Positions 24,759 through 35,950 of a stretch of 64,000 nt of DNA are shown here, piece after piece; within the stretch, counting starts at the first letter, position 1, and each line of letters starts with the position of its first letter. The position numbers were made by a program, and so were the translations under genes. The stretch spans positions 286,130,001 through 286,194,000 of the forward strand of contig OZ024740.1 in the NCBI GenBank assembly GCA_964016885.1. The letters run 5' to 3'. Source of the DNA: Eledone cirrhosa. Lineage: Eukaryota. The notes under the pieces are model-generated. The model was given only the letters and a program-made list of their open reading frames with translations, was not told where the DNA came from and made no database searches.

Positions 24759-27150
24759 GGGTGTTCCATTTTGAAACCTTTTTGCCAATCATCTCATGTT
24801 GATTATGCCCATGTTCAAGTTGATGAAATAATGAAATATGCTGAATTATAGATCAATCGAATAATATTTAAAGGTTGCACAATTTCACATTTTTATTTAT
24901 GATGATTTTTTTTTATCTAGTCCTTTCTGTTTACTTTACTGAATCCAAAGAGGAAACTATAAGACAGAACAAAATGAAATGAAAATAAGCAGCAGGAATA
25001 CGTTTTAAATACACAATAATATTGGGGTTAAAAGAAAAACACTTTTTATGAATGAAATATAACCCCTGAAATGGCACCCTTTGTCCTCTGGTTCCTTTGC
25101 TCCACAATCATTTTTAAGTGGAACTGTGTCTGATTTTCATCCTTTGTAGAATCATTAAACCTCTTAATTGAGATAAATACCTTGCTCGGCAGTGTCATTC
25201 ACAACTTTCAGAGCATATACAGATGCTTTGATATCGCTGTCAGTGCAAAATCCAAATTGTTTGGGACAATATCAAGCAGATGGAAACAATTATTTGTTTT
25301 CTCCATAACAAAGTCACTCAGTCCTTTGTTGCCGAAAACCATTCCTTTTCCTTTGACTTTCTTTCATCCTCATCTTTTTTTCTTCTTTTGTTAGATTTTG
25401 GAACACTTTTTTCTTCTCATCAAGACCAAGTCTTTCAGCAAAGAAAGCCAACGCTACTAACTCTTCTGATAAGTACCACAAGTGATGCTGAAGGAATGTT
25501 TCTGCCACAATTCTGATCTATTGGTCAGGATACATTGGTAGCAGCTTCATCAAATTGAGATCATTCTTCAGGGCGCATCTAGGAACCATTGCTTCATTCC
25601 AATATTTTACATACACCAAAGTCACACAGTAAGCAACTTTTTGTAGATCTCTGGACTCACATGGTGTATGCTTAAGTTGTTCTTTAAGCAGCACTATCTT
25701 GATCACATACATGGCCTTAACCATCCAATGAGCTTGGTGGTAAGCTCCTGTGACTGAGGAGAACTGGAGAGATTGCCAACCACTAAGACAGAGAAGGGAG
25801 AGTTTTATGAACCTAGCATAGTCTTGTTGGAGATGATCTCCAGAAAGCAGTACAGTCAGTAGATATTCAACCATCTTCCTCTTTTGCTCGTAAAAATCTT
25901 CCATGGGCTCGTCATCATCCAGGGTAGTTTGATAATGAGACTTATCAATGGAGTCCTAACACTCCTGGAACTTTTTGAACATTAGGAGACTGGGACCAGG
26001 TGATGGGTAAAAGATCTCAAAGACTTTCTTCAAAGCCAGTTCAAGAATGTGATGGCAGCAAGCCAGCCACAAGAGCTGCTTCAGTTTTTGTACTGGTTCC
26101 TTGGTACATGCTGGTGTTAGAGACAGTGGTGATGAAGCAATTATGAGTTGTTGAATTTCCTTCAAAACGACTTCAGCAACTTGTTGTCTGGTTCCATCTC
26201 TTGTAATTGGAACATGTAAGAGCTCCTGTCCTTTTCCTGTAATTAAAACTGCAACCCAATCTTTGAGTGTGTTGGATCAAGAAGCCAATGGTAATAATTT
26301 TCCAGCCCAGTGGAGAACTAGCCAGGATCTGTATTCTGGTGGGAAAGTGGAAAACTCAATTTCCTGAGCTATTGTCTCATAGTAACTGGTTCGAGCTCGA
26401 TAAACAGTTGAACTAGATGACAAATTTTCAAGAGCTACTTTCTCAGACATCTTGATTTCGTCATCCTACTTTCTCTTTCTTACTTTTATATCGTGAATCT
26501 TCATTTCATTCTTCTGAATGGCTCTCACATGTTTTGCATCAACACCGGCCATGAATAAAGACATCTGATCTTCTTGCTGTGTCTCAAGGAAAACTTAGTC
26601 TTCAGTTGGGACATCCTTTTGTTTGAGAATGTTCTGGCTAAAAATTAATTTGAGATCATCTTTCCAATCCTCACACTTTACAATTGCTTTGTTAGACATC
26701 CTTGACTTTTTTCTGTCCTTGATACTCGTTATACAATTTCTCAATTGAAGTGTGGATGTTTTTTTTGTTTTTTTTTCCATTTTGGTAGGGGCATTTGCTT
26801 TCCCCCACACTTCCTGGATTTTCTGGCTAGTGTTTTCTACAGCAACTGAAATTCTCTCCCTGAGTTCGACATGATAGAGAAAACACAAGAGTATTTGTAG
26901 TGATGGTGATCGAGTAATAATAGTATTAGCAGTGGTTGTGTTATAATGGTAGTGCTGGTTGTGGTGTTATAATGCTAGGGATAATGACAGTATTACAATG
27001 GTAGTAGTGGTGGCTAAAATTAACTAGTGTTGAAGTAAAATTTTTTCATTTTTTTTTTTTACATTCAATAACTCATATTTTCACCTGTGTAGCTTTTATT
27101 GGAAATTGATGCATGACATGAGGTGATCCCAACAAAAAAATGAAATTATC
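24759..27150 (-). mobile_element. Degenerate DDE DNA transposon, tentatively Sola2-like
   Basis: Broken minus-strand ORF with LLWLACCHHILEL, GAYHQAHWMVKAMY, HLWYLSEELVALAFF and VVNDTAE motifs. Left terminus tta|GGGTGTTCC; a degenerate inverted counterpart near 27110-27150. The superfamily assignment is from memory and tentative. Confidence 0.6.
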
Positions 27151-28557
27151 TACAGGCATAGTTCAATTGTATGTAAACATCCAAAAATGTTTACATAATT
27201 TAAGTAATGCATATAAAACAATTTATTTTTATGCAGTTTTTAAAGATTTTGTTATCCCCTGTTTTCTAATTGAAATCCTTGCTGGTCCAGACATTGTTGA
27301 CAGCGGGAAGCAATGGAATTACTAGCAGCTAGAAACATTTCATTAGGTATTTGAATGCATTCTCGTTCAATGACAACTCAGTTCAGTGATTATTGCTGGT
27401 TTTGTAGCATACACTTTATCTTTTAAGTATCCCTGTAAGAAGTCTAAAGGGGTGAATGTGGAAGGTATTCTACAAAACCTCTTCTTCCAATCCACCTGTT
27501 TAGCAAGATCTCATTAAGGTAGAATTTTACATCACAATGGTGGTGTGGTGGCATGCCATCTTGCTGAAAATAAAATCCCTCACTTTCAAAGTCATCTTTA
27601 ACCCTTTAGTATTCACATTACTCTATATTTACTATTATATTTTCATGGTAAAGGCTTTACCTCGCATAATTATCTCACATAATATCGAATCTATGAGATT
27701 TTGAAAGTATTAATTTTGAAAACAATACCGTAACATCAATTTGAACGACCAGTTTCAACAGAAAGAAGTAGAGAATTCTGGCTGGTTTTGGCTGGTTTGA
27801 ACATTAAAGGGTTAATGCTTGGCATGACAAACTGTTGCAACATGTTCAATTAAACGAGACCAGTCACTGTAGCATCAAAAAAGAATGGTCCAATTAATCC
27901 TCTTGATGTAATGCCACACCACACTAACTCCTGGTAAATTAATTTCATGTTCCACTGTAACATGCAGATTTTCAGGCCTCCAGTATGTGCAGTTAATTGA
28001 ACCATTTAATTTAAATGTAGCCTCATCACTCCACACAACTTTTGTCAGAAAGCAGGTATCTTCTAAGCATTTTGCCATATACCATTCGCAATACTCTATT
28101 CTTCTGTCTGGATCATCTTCATTGATAGCATGGACTAATTTAGGGACATAACTTCTCAAATTGCAGCGCTTTAAAATGCAATGAACAGATCCCTACGTCA
28201 CAGATTTTCTCGAATTTCTGTGAAAACTTTCCAGTAACCGTTCTTATTTTCTGGGGCTTGTAGATGTCAGTGATTTTCCAGAATGGTTCATGTGTATATT
28301 ATGTTCAATTCCATCAGATTCAAACTTCTTAATGATTCAAGAGATGGTTAGTCATGTAGGTGGATCTAACTGAATCTCTCTTCTATTCTGTCTTTGGACT
28401 TCAACTGTGTTTTCAAACTTCCAGTAGCATTTTAGGATGAATTCCCTTTGTTTGTAGATAAGTCTTGATGCCATTATCAATTCTGATGGGTAAAATCTGA
28501 AAAAGCGGATTTGAGTTATCCGTTGTTGAAGTGTGTGTGTATTTTTTTGAGACACCT

Positions 28558-28563
<6 letters not shown>
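27150..28563 (-). mobile_element. Degenerate Tc1/mariner-superfamily transposon
   Basis: N-terminal HTH region (EFILKCYWKFENTVEVQRQ), [12 protein letters not shown] and FQQDG..PH motifs; terminal TA-CACAAGGTGTCTCAAAAA beside a (TA)n tract. The left boundary is approximate. Confidence 0.8.
27602..27811. mobile_element. piggyBac-type MITE with TTAA TSD, nested in the Tc1/mariner element
   Basis: TTAA|CCCTTT...AAAGGG|TTAA; close relative at 61526-61735 and an inverted partial copy at ~60230-60445. Confidence 0.8.
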
Positions 28564-28590
<27 letters not shown>

Positions 28591-29409
28591 GTCACGACAA
28601 AAAGCACCCAGTCCAAGCTGTAAAGTGGTTGTGTAGGCCACAGCAAAAAGCACCCAGCACACACTGTAAATGTGGTTGGCGTTAGGAAGGCCATCCAGCC
28701 ATAGAAACAGTTCTGTGTGAGCGAATCCAGGTGCCCTGACCTGATCCCCCACAAAGGGATAGCCTGTCCTACTCATACTAGTGTGGAAGATGGACGTTAA
28801 ACGATGATGATGATATCACTTTCACTACCATATTTCTAATGAAAGACACTGCTTGTGATTTTCAAATAATTTGAAAAGTAATCATGAATTTAGAAGGATT
28901 TTTGTAATATAGGTAGTTTTTTCATTATTAAGTTGGTTAACAAAGGTTCTTACATAAAATTATGACAAAGTTTTTATATAAATATAAACACTTTAAAACA
29001 AGCAGTTTTGTATGAAAGAACCAGGAGCGGTTTCAGGTGGTTTAGTATTTAAAAAGGTTAAATGTCGTTGATAAGAAGGCACATTGACACACATGACTTC
29101 CTGATAATTTCCACCTAACTCACTGGCCAGCCTGAGGCTATAGTAGAAGATAGTTGCCTAAGATAACACAGTGGGATGGAGCCTGAAATCATATGGTTGC
29201 AAAACGAACATCTTAACCATACAGCCATGCTCACATCTTATATTTTAAAATTTTGTGCATCAGTAATTTTGATGGCTGTCATTATCAACTGGTTTTCTTT
29301 TATCCAAAGAAATCCATGTATTGATATTTTAATGTAAAGAGTTTCATAAAGGAATCAAGTTATTAAACAAATTTTTAAAATACATGCTTTCTCTGTCTCA
29401 CACTATCTC

Positions 29410-29660
29410 AACTCTGGTATTCCTGATAGTCGAGTTTTGTCCCTAGTACTGTTCTGTATATCAATGACATAATTGCTGTCACATCCAACAACACCTACTC
29501 TAATACAGATGTAACATTCCTCAAACAAGCATCATCCACTCTTCACAACATTGAAAATAGGCCACCCATGTCTCTTTTAGCAGCAAGAAAACACTATCAT
29601 TGCACCTTAGCCTCCTTAAGCATGAACAGCATGTAATTTAGTTGCTTCAAATGCAAGGCC
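29410..29660 (+). pseudogene. Highly decayed CR1/Jockey-type RT fragment
   Basis: NSGIP...VLS.VLF..YINDI-like motif with frameshifts. Confidence 0.35.
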
Positions 29661-30863
29661 TCTCTGTCTCTGAGGATTTCTCAAGGTGATTATACATTCT
29701 TGAAATAGCTTGGACAACATCTCGAAGACTTGCCCTTCACATCAGGACCTGAAAAATGCTTTATAATTGGTATTTATTTTTACTATTCTCAGAATAAAAA
29801 GGGGCATAACAATAAAGCATTTACCACAAGAGTTGTTTCCCTCTTTAATTTAACTTCAATAAAATTAATAAACATGAAATATTTTGACAATTTAGATTTG
29901 AATTTCAGTTTAATCTGAGACGAACATCCCTTGAGGTTCTTCATTATTTTCAAAATAATTTGAAAATGATTAGCAATATCTTTCAATACAAATATGGTAA
30001 TGTAAGAGTTAAACAAAATCTGAACTTACATTATGTATTCTTAGTGAATTAAATCAAGTATCTGCACTTGCAGAAAAGGCAATAAGGAAGATTTTTTACC
30101 TGTTATGGATTACGATTTTGTAAGCAAAACAAAAAGAAAACTTGTTTTTTTTTTTTTTTTTGGTTGTGGGGAGACTGGCCTAATAGAAATCCTCATAATA
30201 TCTTTTTTTTTTTTTTCGAAATAACAACCAATTTTTTAAAATAGGTAATTTTACAATTCATCAACGTTTGCCTATTATGAAATAATTGTTTCTATTTTAG
30301 GCACAAGGCCAGCATTTACCCAGTACATTACTGGTACTTTATTTTATCGACCCCCGTAAGGATGAAAGGCAAAGTTAACCTCGGCGGGATTTGAACTCAG
30401 ATCATAAAGGGACGTAACTCTATGCTTCAAAGCATGGTGTCCGACTCTCTACCGATACTGCCAATCCACCGCACTTATGCCTATTATGAAATAATGAAAG
30501 TGAGAGAAAGGGGATGGGAGCAGCAGATTCTACAGACCAGTCTAGGCAGTATATCGTACTCTACACCCCGGGGATAAAATGGTGATGGCATTGCTGTGGA
30601 GAACAACCAACAACAACCACTGCATCAGCAGTCAGTCTACCTCATAGAACTCCTTCTTCAGGCAGGAAACACTCATCTCGATTTTGCAGAGGAAAATAGC
30701 AGTTTAGAGGCTGAAGACACCAGATATCTCTGAATATTTAATCTGACAACATCAGTAGAATCAAACCAGAATTTTACAAGATGATGAAAAAAATATTGCT
30801 CTTTAATCTCCAATATTTCTGTTCGATTGCACTGGTCAATTGATTTTCTCACCAGTGAAGATA

Positions 30864-31040
30864 CGAGAGTTGGCTGAAAGTTTCATAGGGTGACTATGAA
30901 GGATTAATGCTAGAGCTGTGAAATCTTGCATGCATTAATTTCAACTTTTCTTATTAATAACTGCATTGTTTCTTCCCAGAGACTATGTTGAAAAATAAAC
31001 CTGATTTTGGTCATTCCATGAACTTTTCAGCTGACCCTCG
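30864..31040. mobile_element. mariner-type MITE with TA TSD
   Basis: TA|CGAGAGTTGGCTGAAAGTTTCAT ... ATGAACTTTTCAGCTGACCCTCG|TA imperfect TIRs. Confidence 0.75.
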
Positions 31041-31259
31041 TATGCACATGTATCTTATACAATAGGCTTCCACATTTCCATCTACCAAATTCAATTCAGA
31101 AATTCGCAAGTCATTATTCAACCAGAGACTATGATAGAATACATTTGACCAATGTATCATACGGTGGGTTTGAGTCCTGAAGCTCATGGGTATGATGCAA
31201 ACTTATTAACTTCATCGGGTTTACATATTACTTCCAGCCACAGTGTATCCGATCGTACG

Positions 31260-32882
31260 GAACCGATCGACACCTAGACTCCTTATTTCACCCTGAAGCA
31301 CCATAAAACCGACTTCGACCGCATCCATCTATCAGGCTTATAAACCCGACAAAGTTGGATATAGGGAAGATCAGTAAAAAGATTTTGGATCGCGTTATAC
31401 CCAAAGTCAAGCAAAACACGAGGCTTAGCCTTTGGGTTAGCACCTAGGAAGTTATCTCCTGGTTTAAGAATATTGAGGATAAACGGGATACCACTTTCAT
31501 CCAGTTCGACATACAGAGCTACTAATACGCTTCTATTACCCAACCACTCCTTACGGCTGCTTTGGATTACGCCAAAACTATTACACCCATTACAGACCAG
31601 GAAATCAACATCATTTTCCATGCTAGGAAGACTGTCTTGCACTTTGAAAACTCCACTTGGATAAATAGAGCTCTTGACTCTCCTTTCAACGTCAGTATGG
31701 GCTCGACTGACTCGGTTGAGGTGACCGACCTTATAGGATTATACAAACTCATCGAAAAGTTTCCTGCGTTCGGCGGTGATTTGTACTGAGATGATGGGCT
31801 TCTTACCCTCACAGGGTACATCCCCAGTACTATGGACCGGGTCCGTAAACTCCTCATTAAATTCTTCTGGGATTTAAGTTTCAAAATCACTCTACAGACG
31901 TCCCTTTTCTAGATGTTACTCTCAACCTGGAGAATAATTTGTACTACGCATATAGGACACTTAATGAGAACCTACACTAAATCCACCGCAGTTCTAACCA
32001 GCCTAGGAACATTACCAACAACTTAGTTAAAAACATCTCCCTCCGCATATCTCGCTTGTCCACAAATGAGCAGATCTTCAATGAACACGCGGCATATTAC
32101 AACCAGGCCCTCAAGAGAAGCGGCTTCCGGGAGTACCTTTCATATTATCCAGGCCCTTCTAGCGGATGCAGCAGGCGACGTTGCCACTCATGCCACGTAA
32201 CATGGTTCAACCTTTCCCACAATGCCGAGGTTGCAACACTAATTGGGAAGATCTTTTTTAGTCTTCTCGATAAATACTTCCCACCCTAACACCGCTACTA
32301 CAATATCATCAACAGAAACGCTGTTAAACTTTCCTACAGCACTACACCCAACTTTGCACAAAACATCGATTCATCTAACAACAAAAACTCCTCTCTAACA
32401 GAAGAAACAACAATGATCTTAGTGGCAAGCAAACTAGGAGGTGTAACTGTCCAGATAGATCATCATGCCCCCTCAACAATAGATGCCAAGAACAAAACGT
32501 AGTCCACCAGTGCAACATGAGGACGGAAAACTCCAACAAGGCCTATATCGGATTAACCGCCTGCGATTTTAAGACCTAGTATTATCAACACCAACATATA
32601 TTTAGAAACCCGGCCCGGCGACACGCAACAGCACTTTCTGGCCATATCTGGGACCTCCAAGACAACAATATTACCTACCATCTAAGTTGGAGCATACTTT
32701 CCAAGGCAAAATCTTACTCGGGAGGACGCCGTCCATATAATTTATGCTCAGAGGAAACGATCCAGATGCTGTTTGCAAAGTACCAATTCTTAAACAAAAA
32801 GGATGAACTTGTTACCTCGTGTAAACACAGAATACATACGACATATCTTACTTACAAACCGCCTCACGAACCGAGTGGGTAG
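31260..32882 (+). mobile_element. 5'-truncated, decayed Penelope-like element (RT + GIY-YIG), Naiad-like
   Basis: IRLINPTK.DIGKISKKILD, FNVSMGSTDSVEVTDLIGLY, LY*DDGL, linker CNCPDRSSCPL (CxCx5C), endonuclease KAYIGLT..DFK. Multiple stops and frameshifts. Confidence 0.85.
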
Positions 32883-33583
32883 ACCTCGGCTGTTTCTTTT
32901 TCCTATTTACAAACTAAGATAGAGGAAACCCCAAGCATACTTAGGTAGAAGTAGAAATGTTTTCTTTTTTCTTCATTAGTTACACACTCTAATTACACCT
33001 AGGTGGATCATTGCATATCTACACTATTATATTCAGTTTCCATTCTTCCTTAGATTAACGCAAGTATTTTTACTCCTATTAAATAACACCGGCCGAACAC
33101 ACAGCCATGGTGTTTTGGTGGGTGGGGTGGAGTGTATCATTATGGAAGATAATATTGATAAATTACTACGTTGAGGTGTCGTTCTAGTGTATTAGAATAA
33201 CTAACTAAATTTTATTAATTAGGAATTTAATTAGTATTAAATTATATTTGCTTTGCTCTTTAGCCAATGTCAGACCTGGCATATTCATATTCACTCTACA
33301 ACATTCCTTGTTTCTCATAGGTTCTTACCCCTTTAGAGATAGCTGTAAAGAATTCTCTTAATGCATTACCGGCCTGGCATCCACAGGTCAGAGTGTCATC
33401 TTACTCCCTCCCCTTTGTTCTACAGGCATTTTCAGCCACCCGCACTGCCACCCGGTGCTATGAAGGAATTTAACTATGTATACGACATTCCAAAATCTAA
33501 CAGAAAAGAAAAACAACAATTTTTAGGATTGTTTGATATGATACTACTGCTATATTTTGATTACATGCCCATATATGGACTGT

Positions 33584-33681
33584 ACCTCTTGATAAGTTCA
33601 GCTAGATCACTACCGTCCTAACAGTACTGGTTTACTTTGGATCTAGCTATCGAAATGGCCGGAGCGCTCAGCCGTTGGGGT
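33584..33681 (+). ncRNA. Decayed type-I hammerhead motif in the 3' (pLTR) region of the first Penelope element
   Basis: Stem I acctc/ggggt; core TTGATAA (two transitions from CTGATGA); stem II agctagatc/gatctagct; GAAA at 33652-33655; stem III tggc/gccg; TT at the cleavage position. Confidence 0.6.
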
Positions 33682-33939
33682 CTTGACTCTTTTCCTATTA
33701 CCCACTCTACTACCCTAAGTATTGAGTACTTTGGTGCTTTATGATCCATCTGGTTCCTTACCACACTTCCTTCATTATATATATATATATATATATATAT
33801 CAACATGAAGTAACGGAGTTTGAAATATTAATTATAATGTATCTACCTCACCTTTCTTAGTTTATAGATTCCATACGCTAGTGGTATTCCCTGTAACTTG
33901 ATAAACACACTCTCTCTCTCTTGTGTGTTTTCTCTATAT

Positions 33940-35181
33940 ATTAGGGAAAACCCTCCTCTTCAACAACGGAGTAGCCTGGGCAAAGAAGTCAACCACTTCA
34001 GAACTATTCAACGTCACCATGTGGTCGTTTGACAGTGCTGATGTATGCGACTTGGTTGGCCTATTTATTTTAGACATATGTGTTAGTTTCCTGGACTTCC
34101 ACACGGGAATATACCACAACAATGGACTGACCTTATCGAGCCATAAAAGTGGTCATGACCTCGACCGGTTTAAAGAAGACTTAACTTCCACCTTCAATGA
34201 GTTAGGACTTAGGATGACAGTAGCTACCAACCTCTCTAGCGTAGATTTCTTAGACATTAATTTAGACCTTCGCACACACACCTACAGACCCTTCCATAAG
34301 CTTAATAAAAAACTCAATTACATTCACAAGGACTCATGCCACCCTCCCACTGTTTTTAGAAACTTCGTAAATAATATCAGTACTAGAATCTCAAACCTCT
34401 CCTCTAATAATGCTATCTTTGACAGAGCGGCACCCTACTATAACACGGCGTTGGCTAACAGCGGCTTCTCACAACCTATCACTTCCTCTCCCACTAACAA
34501 CAATAGCAATAAGAAAAGAAAGCGTAACAATAGACAAACTATCTGGTTCTCTCCTCCCTTCTCACTCAACGTGAAAACTAATGTAGCAAACAATTTTTTA
34601 CCCCTCTTAGATAGACACTTTCCCATAGATCACAAATACCGCTCCATCTTTAACAGACACAAAGTACTCCTGCACTAAGAATATGAAGGCCCACATCACC
34701 AACAACCCTAAGAGCAACACCCCACCAGGGTGCTCTTGCCGAAAGCCTGAAGCTTGTCCCCTTCAACAGCAGTGCAACACACCCACTGTAGTTTATAAAG
34801 CTGTGGTCACTTCCAACCGACCAAATCAACCACAGGAGGTCAAATCCTATGTGGGTATGGCAGAGGGCTGATTTAAGGAACGCTTCCTGAACCATCAGAC
34901 GACCTTTAGGTACCCGGACAAACGATCATCCACAAAACTCGCGAGCCATGTATGGTCCCTCAAGGACGCAAGTATAGACTACTACATTCAATGGAAAGCC
35001 ATCACTAAGTCCAAGCCATACGCAAGGGGGCAATCCGGATTGTGGACTATGTATTGATGAACGGATACATATTCTAAAGAGATTACGCAATAGTGATTGC
35101 CTAAACTCAAGAAATGAATTCTTCACACGTTGTCCACATGTCTGGAAACACCTCTTACATAACTACAAAGCTCCGGATTGA
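33940..35181 (+). mobile_element. Second 5'-truncated Naiad-like Penelope element (different subfamily)
   Basis: FNVTMWSFDSADVCDLVGLFIL, VDFLDINLDL, IWFSPPFS, CSCRKPEACPL (CxCx5C), GIY-YIG VVYKA...SYVGMAEG*FKERF.NH. Confidence 0.88.
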
Positions 35182-35354
35182 ACAACAACAACAACATCCT
35201 AATTTTCTTATCAACTAGAAACTTTCAGACTTTCGCAGTTATCTCCCTTACACCTCTCACACGCAGTTTATGTATTGCCTGGGTGAAGTGACCATTCCTG
35301 CGCATGCGCGTTCATACGGTTGTCCTTCCTGTTCCGTATAACCATGTCCATTAC

Positions 35355-35380
35355 GAGCTGAAGGTGAAACAATTGTTCTC
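35355..35380 (+). ncRNA. Hammerhead remnant (stem II deleted) in the tail of the second Penelope element
   Basis: gag-CTGAAG-gt-GAAA-CAATTG-TT-ctc; the same CAATTG palindromic stem III as the motif at 42716-42760. Confidence 0.4.
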
Positions 35381-35679
35381 ATTATGGTGAACTAATTGTT
35401 GTGTTACCACTTCTTTATATACAGTGTATATATATATATATATATATATATAGTGTATATATATATTGTTTCTACTTTTGACACAAGGCCAGCAATTATT
35501 CCAGTGCATTACTGGTACTTTATTTCATCAACCCCGTAAGGATGAAAGGCAAAGTTAACCTCGGTGTGATTTCAACTCAGAATGGAAAGGGCCGTAACTC
35601 TATGCGTTAAAGCATGGCATCCGACCATCTATCGATACTGCCAATCCAGCAGTGTATATATATATATACAGTGTATACA

Positions 35680-35703
35680 CACACACATATATATATATAT
35701 ATA

Positions 35704-35734
<31 letters not shown>

Positions 35735-35753
35735 CTATATATATATATATATA

Positions 35754-35811
<58 letters not shown>

Positions 35812-35950
35812 TATATATATATATATACTATATATATATATATATACTATATATATATATATACTATATATATATATATACTATATATATATATATACTA
35901 TATATATATATATACTATATATATATATATACTATATATATATATATATA
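35680..35950. repeat. (TA)nC compound microsatellite; continues at 39377-39985 on the other side of the RTE
   Basis: The same tatatatatatac-type units flank both ends of the LINE. Confidence 0.95.

Noticed and set aside
31784-31800. In-frame TGA codons in the Naiad-like ORFs (LY*DDG here; AEG*FK at ~34869) as possible selenocysteine, as reported for some Naiads
   Set aside because: They fall at non-Cys positions (YRDD Arg, explained by CGA>TGA), the Cys motifs use normal codons, and the ORFs have other stops and frameshifts.
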